DNA of 64,000 nucleotides from Macrostomum lignano. Taxonomy: Eukaryota. The notes beneath the pieces were generated by a model that was not told the origin of the DNA, did not search any database, and saw only the letters and a program-made list of their open reading frames with translations. Both the position numbers and the translations under genes were made by a program. Shown here piece by piece: positions 55,072-64,000 of this stretch (positions within the stretch are counted from its first letter, which is position 1; the number at the start of each line of letters is the position of its first letter). The DNA is taken from contig NIVC01000539.1 in the NCBI GenBank assembly GCA_002269645.1, positions 1-64,000 on the forward strand, in the 5' to 3' direction.

Positions 55072-55772
55072 TGACGGGCGGAAAAATTGGTATTCCTACT
55101 GCTAATCACTATAGTCAAGCTTTCTATCCCTTCTATGTTAATTTATTGCAAAAGTCCCTGCCAATAGCAATAGAAATAACTAAGTTTCCACTATACATAG
55201 CATACATGTGCAACACCTGGCCAAGCCAGAGGGCCCAGCCAAGGTAAGTCACAAAAATGCCCACCCAAAAATCTGCATGTAGTAATTATTAGATGGCCAA
55301 GTATTTAGCCTCAATAATACAGTCATAGTTACTCCCTGTTTACCCAAAATTATGTTTATTTTCTTAGGTTTTTTTCATAGGTAAGTCGCATTTTTTAGTT
55401 AAAAAAAGTAAGCCACACAGCCTGTACATAACAGGTGTATGTATGTGTATGTACAACTTGTAACTTGTGTATGTACATAAGCCATAGCATGATTTTGTAT
55501 ATATAAATAGCTTGTATATATTCTATTAGCTTTAGCTACTAAATTCCAATTTTAGAATTTTTCTTGCAATATATTTTATATCCTTTTAAAGCCTAATATT
55601 GACCTTATTTTTCTTCATAGGTTTCCAAGGAAAACACCATATTCTTGACAATTCTGATCGATTGTTATAGTAAATGGTTGTGTTTACCTTGAATCCAGGT
55701 GCCAAATTGGGCTAAATGTTAGGAATAACCAATGTTGTATCTGCTCTATCCCACACTGCATCTCCAGGCGGC

Positions 55773-56550
55773 ATGTATGAGTCCTGGGAGAGCCTGCGCA
55801 AGCGCATTTATGACCGCTTTCGCAACACTGCTGACCGCTGCTGGCAGCGCTCGGTGCTGCATGCCTACCCGCCAGATGTTGGCCGCCAAGTCGCTGCCTG
55901 CACTGTAAAAAGCCTATACGACAGTGTCATCAATAGAAACAATTCGGTGTGCCTAGACACACAGCAGGAAGTGGCCTGGACAATGGAAGCCATCTGCTAC
56001 GGCCTCACCCTACCATTTAGCCGAGCGAGTCCCGCAGACACGGACGAGACAGTCAGCAGAGCCAGCAGGATCTACTGCCACTGGCTAGGCATCATGCTGC
56101 TACCCGAGGCCGAGCTGCGCGATGAAGTCACTATTCCCCGGATGCTGAAAGAGGATCCCAACCTATACTGTAGGCGCATGCTCGCCCACCTGTTCAATGT
56201 GTTTGTGCCGCGCAGAGACCTGACTGGCGGCGGCCGTTCTGCTGCTCAGTTTGGCGCGTCTCAACCGTCTCTGACGTCGGCGCTTGTTGATCGAGGAGGC
56301 AGCGGCGGCGGCGGCAGCGTGGGCGGAGGCAGCAGCGCAGGGAACATTCTTGGCAGCGGCGGCGGCGGAGCAGTAGCCGACGATGGGCTTCGCTATCAGC
56401 TTACCGTGTGCAAGAATGTACTATTGAAATGCGTTGAGATCACTGAGAAGTCTCGCATAATCACGCCGGAGACCTGGGAGACTATTCTCGAATTTCTGCT
56501 CATCGTTAATGACGTCATTCTTACTGAGCCGCGCGACTCCAAGGAGCAGT
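55773..56550 (+). CDS. RALGAPB: RALGAPB coding exon 1
   Basis: Acceptor tctccag| five nt before the ATG; donor CAG T|gtgagt. Confidence 0.9.
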
Positions 56551-59500
56551 GTGAGTCAGTTGGATTGGCTTTTTGTCTAGATTAAAAGCATCTTCTACAA
56601 GCTATTTGCATGAATGAATTTAATATTATGCAGCGAATGTTTCCAGTGGCACTGTTAAAATCCATTTTTTAAATCCTGAGTAGATAAAGTTTATAGCTAA
56701 TTTTGCGATAGTAAAGCCTGCTTATATATGATTGATGCACAAGCTGTGTTTAATGCTGTTCTATATCTATCTGTATGCCTGTTCCATATTTTTATTAAAT
56801 TGCTTTACAGCCCTGGCCCTGCGCCAGCACTCGTTGGAAGACTCCAAACGGTCCAAGAGCTCCGTGAACACCTTTAAAGAGGCGCTGGCGGAAGGTGCAG
56901 TGGCCAGCTTCTGGCATCAGTTATTTGTATTTTGGGCCCGGCGCTTTATGTTCGGTCGTATGCCTGTGTTGCCTTTGACTTTGGAGTGATGGACTTTCAA
57001 GCAGGTCACTCTGCCTCTCCGCTGCCTTCCCTCACTGAATCTGCCTCTCCGCTGCCTTCCCTCACTGAATCTGCCTCTCCGCTGCCTTCCCTCACTGAAT
57101 CTGCCTCTCCGCTGCCTTCCCTCACTGAATCTGCCTCTCCGCTGCCTTCCCTCACTGAATCTGCCTCTCCGCTCCCTTCCCTCACTGAATCTGCCTCTTA
57201 ATCAGGCTACGCTACGCTTCCCTCAAAAGTCGCACAATTTTGGCATCAATCTGCAGTTTTTAGCCGGAGATGGAGTTCCCAGTGCCCCATGTGTGTTTGC
57301 ATGCACGCCAGTATTATAGCTTCTGAACCAATGCTTCAAAAAAACAAACCTTGTGTTGTTTTTATTTTTAATATGTCAATATGCCACTATTTAACCCATA
57401 CAAATTTTCATTTTTTCCAATACTTACCTACAATGCTTAGTTTACTATAAGAAGCAGCCGGACCTTTTAATCGTTTTTTAATCAGCAACCAGACTTAGAA
57501 ACGAGCGTAAGTTATTTCAAAGTTGATTAAAACTGAGCTGCCCTAAATAAAATAAAATATCAGCCTAAGCTGAAAAAATCTGTTGTATATGTAGACTCGA
57601 TATTAAAACAAAAAAAACATAAAAACTTAGGAAAGTATAGTAGCAGGTGTATTTTCATACCTTAGAATCTGACTATCTACATTAGTTCTTTTTTAACTGT
57701 TTTGAAAATCTTTCTTGTAACAGAGAATGATGCACATTCTGTTTTAGCCTTCCGTAGCTGATGATTTCAAGTACTTAATTTTATTAGCAATAGCTGTCGT
57801 CTACTAATTCTTTGTTAATTTATTGCAAGAGTGGCTACTGTTGTCTGATGCACAAAGTAAAAAAGCAATGTTTGTCAATTTTGACTTTAAACAATAGAAA
57901 AGTACTCGTAGAAGCTGAAGACTGACTGAGAGATGTTGTAATTTGAGAGTTGAAACATGGGATCACAGAGTGCCAATTGGATGTAGATAGTACTAGTACT
58001 TGTTAGATATTAGAAAAGTCACTGAGATTGATCTATGAACAAAGAGTGACAGACAAAGATCTTGAAACAAAAAGTGACAAATGAAGATTTAGAAACAGAG
58101 TGACAGACAAAGATCTAGGAACAAAGAGTGACAGATGAAGAAATTAGGAACAAAGAGTGACAGATAAAGATCTAGTAACAAAGAGTGACAGATGAATATC
58201 TAGGAACAAAGAGTGACAGACGAAGATCTAGGAACAAAGAGTGACAGATGAAGAAATTAGGAACAAAGAGTGACAGATAAAGATCTAGTAACAAAGAGTG
58301 ACAGATGAATATCTAGGAACAAAGAGTGACAGACGAAGATCTAGGAACAAAGAGTGACAGATAAAGATCTAGGAACAAAGAGTGACAGATAAAGATCTAG
58401 GAACAAAGAGTGACAGATGAAGATTTAGGAACAAAGAGTGACAGACGAAGATCTAGGAACAAAGAGTGGCAGAGGAAGATTTAGGAACAAAGAGTGACCC
58501 AGGTAGACAGAAATGTTGCGAATTTAGGAGCGTTTAATGACTATACAACTTGTTTAAGTGTAGTTAAATTCATAAAGCACTTATGAGAACCACCGCTATG
58601 TAAATATCACGAACAAAACCTAAAAAAACATACCGCAGATCACTGGGCAGAGCAGTGCAAACGCGTCATAGACGTACTGATGCGCACCTGGCTACTAGCC
58701 TGCCGCAATCATTTCCCGAGGCCGCCGCTGTGGAAAACGTTCCGCGAACTGCTGGCCGGCTGGCGGCATCACGAGGAGGTGGCGGCTAAGTGGGGCGACG
58801 CTGTTCGGGAGCTCACCGAGTCTCTTCTAGGCGGGGCGAAGCGCTCGCCTCACCAGCTGGTGTGTAGCGAGCTGGGCCAGGAGACCGTGCGGCAGGCCTG
58901 GTTCCGGGTGCTGCACCTCATGCCCAGTCCGGCCGACCTCTGCTCGCCTGTCATCCAGTCGTCGGCGGTGTCGTCATCGTCGGCCGATATTCTTAGTCGA
59001 CGACATCCGGTTGAAGATTCGGCGGCTCGATCGCGTCAGTTGCCAGCCATTTTTAACCAGCTGGTTTGCGTCCTGTCCGACGTTGCTAGCCAGCTGCTGG
59101 GGGCCAGGCGGCAGCAGAAGCAGCACGGCAATTCTCTGCTTCACCTAATTGGCTCCTGGCTGTTCGACTGCGCCGGGGTGTCGGACCCGGCCTATCAGCT
59201 GGGCCGGGCCGAGGCCTGCGGCTGCCTCTGCCGGCTTTTTGCCAACTGCCGGCCCGACTTTCTGCCCGTCTACTTGGCCAGGTGACTATTGGGCTGCTCA
59301 CTGCAGTGGCTTTTGGCTTAGTCAGTGACACTTGATCAGTGACATCTTAGTCAGTGACACACTTAATCGGTGATATTTTAGCCAGTGACACTTGATCAGT
59401 GACATTTTAGTCAGTGACACTTGATTAGTGATATTTTATTCAGTGACACTTGATTAGTGACATTTTAGTCAGTGACACTTGATCAGTGACATTTTAGTCA

Positions 59501-62500
59501 GTGACACTTGATTAGTGACATTTTAGTCAGTGACACTTGATCAGTGACATTTTAGTCAGTGACACTTGATTAGTGATATTTTATTCAGTGACACTTGATT
59601 AGTGATATTTTATTCAGTGACACTTGATTAGTGATATTTTATTCAGTGACACTTGATTAGTGATATTTTATTCAGTGACACTTGATTAGTGATATTTTAT
59701 TCAGTGACACTTGATTAGTGATATTTTATTCAGTGACACTTGATTAGTGATATTTTAGTCAGTGACACTTGATTAGTGATATTTTAGTCAGTGACACTTG
59801 ATCAGTGACATTTTAGTCAGTGACACTTGATCAGTGATATTTTATTCAGTGACACTTGATTAGTGATATTTTAGTCAGTGACACTTGATCAGTGATATTT
59901 AAGTCAGTGACATGTTTAGCCAGTGGCATTTGTAGTCAGTGACACCGTTTGTCAGTGACACTTCTGGTTAGCAAATACATGAGTCACTTTTTAATGCTTA
60001 AATTGATAATCTGTAAGCTTATGTATGCGAATTGTTTGCTATTCCAACGATAGTTTTGTTCGCTAGCATATTCGCAGTGCACTACTGTCAGCCATATTAA
60101 AGCACTGCATTTAAATTAAATTTTGTTCAGGTTCTACGCCGCCATGTTCAACGCACTGGAGCCGCCGCTGCAGCCGCTGCTGTTGAATACAGTTGTGTAC
60201 CACTCACAGGGCCTGCTGTCAGCCGGACTTAAAGGCGTGCACGTTCTATTGCCAAGCTATTTTAAAGCTGTGCATTATATACTGAAGGTTGGTATCAGCT
60301 GAGTTGTTCAAATTTCTTTAGGGATCAAATTTAAACTGCAACAACACGAATTTCAAGGCTGGTTGCTATTCCTAAAGCATGATATTCTCAATCCCAAGGC
60401 TAATATTCCAAATCCCTATGCTAATTTTCCTAATCCCAATGCTAACATTCCAAATCCCAAGGCTAATATTCCAAATCCCTATGCTAACATTCCAAATCCC
60501 TATGCTAATATTCCAAATCCCTATGCTAACATTCCAAATCCCTATGCTAACATTCCAAATCCCAATGCTAACATTCCAAATCCCAATGCTAACATTCCAA
60601 ATCCCAATGCTAATATTCCAAATCCCAATGCTAACATTCCAAATCCCAATGCTAATATTCCAAATCCCTATGCTAACATTCCGAATCCCTATGCTAACAT
60701 TCCGAATCCCTATGCTAATATTCCGAATCCCTATGCTAATATTCCAAATCCCAATGCTAATATTCCGAATCCCTATGCTAATATTCCGAATCCCTATGCT
60801 AATATTCCGAATCCCTATGCTAATATTCCAAATCCCAATGCTAACATTCCAAATCCCTATGCTAACATTCCGAATCCCTATGCTAACATTCCAAATCCCT
60901 ATGCTAACATTCCGAATCCCTATGCTAACATTCCAAATCCCTATGCTAACATTCCAAATCCCAATGCTAACATTCCAAATCCCTATGCTAACATTCCAAA
61001 TCCCTATGCTAATTTTCCAAATCCCAATGCTAATATTCCAAATCTAATATTGGAATATTATATAATATTCTAAGTGGAATAATGCTTTCAATCCCTATGC
61101 AGCAGGACTCCATCAGCAACTTGCCCAGCGGCGTGCCCACACCTGTCGACCTGCAACGGTCCGCGGTTCGCCTCCTGCTCTCCATGATCGCCCTGCCTAA
61201 TCATTTCGGCCAATCGGAGATTCTCCACCCGTTGGACAGTCGGTCGGCGCCGCGTACATTCCTGTCGCTTCGTCAGGACATTGTGGTGCTGGTGCTGGAC
61301 ACTCTGCTGTTGTTGAGGGACTCCCACTGCGTGCAGATGCTGCTGTGCGCTCTGCTTTGCATAGCTGAAGACTTGGCCAGCTACGAGAATTTGGTGCACA
61401 GCGACGAGTCCTGCACGGATGCAGACGTTCGCGCCGTGCCCAAAGCGCCAGGTATTTTTTAAGTTCATTTATCTCAATCATCCCAATGGTTCTCCTTCCT
61501 ACTCGATCCCTTAAATCCCCTATTCGATCCCTTAAATCCCCTATTAGATCCCTTAAATCCCCTATTCGATCCCTTAAATCCCCTATTCGATCCCTTAAAT
61601 CCCCTATTCGATCCCTTAAATCCCCTATTTGATCCCTTAAATCCCCTATTCGATCCCTTAAATCCCCTATTCGATCCCTTAAATCCCCTATTCGATCCCT
61701 TAAATCCCCTATTCGATCCCTTAAATCCCCTATTCGATCCCTTAAATCCCCTATTCGATCCCTTGAATCCCCTATTCGATCCCTTAAATCCCCTATTCGA
61801 TAAAATAATTCCCCTATTCGATGAAATAATTCCCCTATTCGATTCCTTTAAATTTCATATTCGAACCCTTAAATTAAATCCCCTATTCGATTCCTTAATC
61901 TATTCAATGCCATAATTCCCTATTCGATGCCGTAATTCCCTATTCGATCAAATAATTCCCCTATTCGATCAAATAATTCCCCTATTCGATCAAATAATTC
62001 CCTATTCGATCCAATAATTCCTCTATTCTGTCCCAAGAGTTTCCTTATTTAATCCCATGATTTTTTATCCCCTTTTCAATGTCATAACTTCCTCGTGATC
62101 TGTTTGATCGCATATTTCCCCTTCTCAGGCATTCTTTCCACTAATTCGGCAGTTGAAGTTTAGAATATGTATGATGAAATAATTATAAATCAGTTCATCA
62201 AATCAATTAGATTAATTTAAACCAACCCAATCCCCATTCTTCGCTTCTAATCCTATATCTTTTTGAAGCCGAGTTCATCCCCAACCCCTGCAATCTAAAA
62301 CGCGGTCTCGCCCAGCCCCGCCAAAATCCCAACCCCACCCCTAGCAGACTCGGTGCAGAAGCTGTTCACCCAGGCAGTTGCGGCAATCTGCAAGCGGCTC
62401 AACCTTGAGCACGACTCCGCCCTGAAGATGGACTACGACACCACTCTGACTGCATTGGACGTGTTGAGCCACCTGGCCAGACTGCCAATCGGACAGGTGA

Positions 62501-63626
62501 GCGGCCTCCTTCACCAATTTAATCGGCTAACGTTGGGAAAATATTTATGGTTGCTGGCATGGTCCAGTGCCAGCTGCTGTAGCTGGGGCTGGCGCAGCCG
62601 GTTGCTGGCATAGTTCAGTGCCAGCTGCTGTAGCTGGGGCTGGCGCAGCTGGTTGCTGGCATGGTCCAGTGCCAGCTGCTGTAGCTGGGGCTGGCGCAGC
62701 CGGTTGCTGGCATAGTCCAGTGCCAGCTGCTGTAGCTGGGGCTGGCGCAGCCGGTTGCTGGTCCAGTATATAATAATAATAATTGATGTGCAACCGACAG
62801 CTCAGCCGCAGCTATTGCGCGGCGCATCTGAAGGCTGCGTACGGCTGTTCAGTACAAGGACTGGGGGGTCGCCACACGCACCCTCAATTACCCCAGCACC
62901 CATTTTACAGCCAGCTGGGTGCACCAGTAAAGTAGTGTAAATATAGATTCTGTCATTAAGCATTGGCAACTGAAATTCCTGTCCTTCTGTAATTCCTCGC
63001 TAGAGTTCTCGCGAGGCCACTAAAGTACATCCCCCGCCGCCCAAACGCAGAGCTCATTCGGCGGGCCGCACAACACGCAGAACCTGTTGAAAAGCTGCGT
63101 CCGCTGGCTGTGCGACTTCATTAGCAGCCAGTGCGCCCGGCCCAGGCAGGAGCACTCGCGCTACCTGCACTCGCAAATCGTGGCCACGTACGACTGCTTG
63201 GCCCAGTGGGCGCTAAACTATCCCCAGCTACTGCTAGATGAGGACACCCTGATCTGCCTGCTGGAGATCATCGAGCTGGGCTTGTCGGGCTCCAAGTCGC
63301 GCGTCGAGCACCGAGGCGAGGCCACCAGGTTCGAGCCGAAGTGGCGCAAACAGAAGAGCCCGCATTCCGCGCGGCTGGCCCAGGCGGCCGAGTGCCTGCT
63401 GTCGCTAATCATGTCACAGGTGGGCGCCTTCCCGCCCGCGCTGGGGCCGCAGACCGCCTACGGCAGCCTGCTCACTGAGGAGTCCTTTCCCGACTGCCGG
63501 CGCAGGTGAGTCTGGGAAGACGGGTTGGCAAGACAGACAGACAGACAGACAGGCAGACAGACAGACAGACAGACAGACAGGCAGATAGACAGACAGACAG
63601 ACAGGCAGGCAGATAGACAGACAGGC

Positions 63627-63657
<31 letters not shown>

Positions 63658-63690
63658 GAGACAGACAGAGAGACAAACAGACAGACAGAA

Positions 63691-63729
<39 letters not shown>

Positions 63730-63730
63730 G

Positions 63731-63783
<53 letters not shown>

Positions 63784-64000
63784 GGCAGGCAGGCAGACAG
63801 ACAGGCAATGATGGCAAACATGTCACACAGACAGACAGCACCCCAGAAACCCTGGCCCCGCACCAGATACCTGGCCTTAAATGGCTCGCTAATCCTGGCT
63901 GTGCTGGAGCCGGTCAGCCAGAAGCGCACCCTGCCATCAGCCATCGTTATCGTCCGCGGCCCCTTCGGCCGCCAGGTCTGGCAGGCGGAGATGCGCGACG
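55773..64000 (+). CDS. RALGAPB: Ral GTPase-activating protein beta subunit (multi-exon, 3' end beyond the window)
   Basis: MYESW...[15 protein letters not shown]...[17 protein letters not shown]; [17 protein letters not shown]...WRHH; [13 protein letters not shown]; VYLARFY; [12 protein letters not shown]; [15 protein letters not shown]...[14 protein letters not shown]. All match RALGAPB motifs in order. Confidence 0.93.
56811..56894 (+). CDS. RALGAPB: RALGAPB small phase 1-1 exon
   Basis: tttacag|CC...GAA G|gtgcag; 84 bp; gives ...[15 protein letters not shown] when joined to the next exon. Confidence 0.55.
57006..57196. repeat. 30-bp minisatellite, ~6 units
   Basis: tctgcctctccgctgccttccctcactgaa. 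Confidence 0.92.
58045..58498. repeat. ~28-bp minisatellite (aggaacaaagagtgacagataaagatct)
   Basis: Direct inspection. Confidence 0.9.
58639..59281 (+). CDS. RALGAPB: RALGAPB exon
   Basis: accgcag|AT...GCC AG|gtgact; open frame. Confidence 0.9.
59318..59960. repeat. 29-bp minisatellite (cagtgacacttgattagtgatattttatt)
   Basis: Direct inspection. Confidence 0.92.
60131..60287 (+). CDS. RALGAPB: RALGAPB exon
   Basis: ttgttcag|G TTC TAC...[12 protein letters not shown]...AAG|gttggt. Confidence 0.88.
60385..61045. repeat. 21-bp minisatellite (aatccctatgctaacattcca)
   Basis: Direct inspection; intronic. Confidence 0.95.
61103..61451 (+). CDS. RALGAPB: RALGAPB exon
   Basis: atgcag|CAG (NAGNAG)...CCA G|gtattt. 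Confidence 0.88.
61503..62030. repeat. 21-bp minisatellite (gatcccttaaatcccctattc)
   Basis: Direct inspection. Confidence 0.92.
62348..62496 (+). CDS. RALGAPB: RALGAPB exon
   Basis: tagcag|AC TCG...[13 protein letters not shown]...CAG|gtgagc. Confidence 0.88.
62550..62762. repeat. 51-bp GC-rich minisatellite, ~4 units
   Basis: ggttgctggcatggtccagtgccagctgctgtagctggggctggcgcagcc. Confidence 0.9.
62768..62925 (-). mobile_element. Same SINE family, 5'-truncated, with (TTA)n tail
   Basis: Tail and partial CORE match the other copies; lies in a RALGAPB intron. Confidence 0.72.
63051..63505 (+). CDS. RALGAPB: RALGAPB exon
   Basis: aaacgcag|AGC...CGC AG|gtgagt. Confidence 0.9.
63532..63805. repeat. 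(GACA)n microsatellite
   Basis: Direct inspection. Confidence 0.95.
63867..64000 (+). CDS. RALGAPB: RALGAPB exon (truncated by the window end)
   Basis: gcaccag|A TAC; [15 protein letters not shown]...[15 protein letters not shown]. Confidence 0.85.
   Translation, partial: MPGLKWLANPGCAGAGQPEAHPAISHRYRPRPLRPPGLAGGDAR

Overview
This is eukaryotic (metazoan) genomic DNA with GC-rich exons and introns filled with micro- and minisatellites. The style suggests a free-living flatworm such as Macrostomum; this is inference and was not checked. Two multi-exon genes lie head-to-head. (1) A dystrophin-family gene on the minus strand (~44.2 kb to <2.7 kb) encodes spectrin-like repeats, Gln-rich inserts, WW and EF-hand regions. 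No actin-binding CH exons were found, and the ZZ/C-terminal exons were not found in the window. It has candidate alternative first exons and several frameshifts or stops. (2) RALGAPB on the plus strand (55773 to the window end) has intact reading frames. One dystrophin intron holds a complete intronless gene for a secreted, acidic, beta-microseminoprotein-like protein, next to ~6.8 near-identical 272-bp units bracketed by (GATA)n. Other elements are four copies of a tRNA-derived CORE-type SINE, a CACTA-like foldback element and more than 30 tandem arrays. The strongest oddities are the nested MSMB-like gene with a rewired cysteine pattern, an almost purely C>T/G>A hypermutated SINE copy in an AT-rich block (~47.6-55 kb), the 272-bp array, and the multi-promoter, partly disrupted dystrophin. 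All coordinates and alignments were derived by hand; no searches were run.
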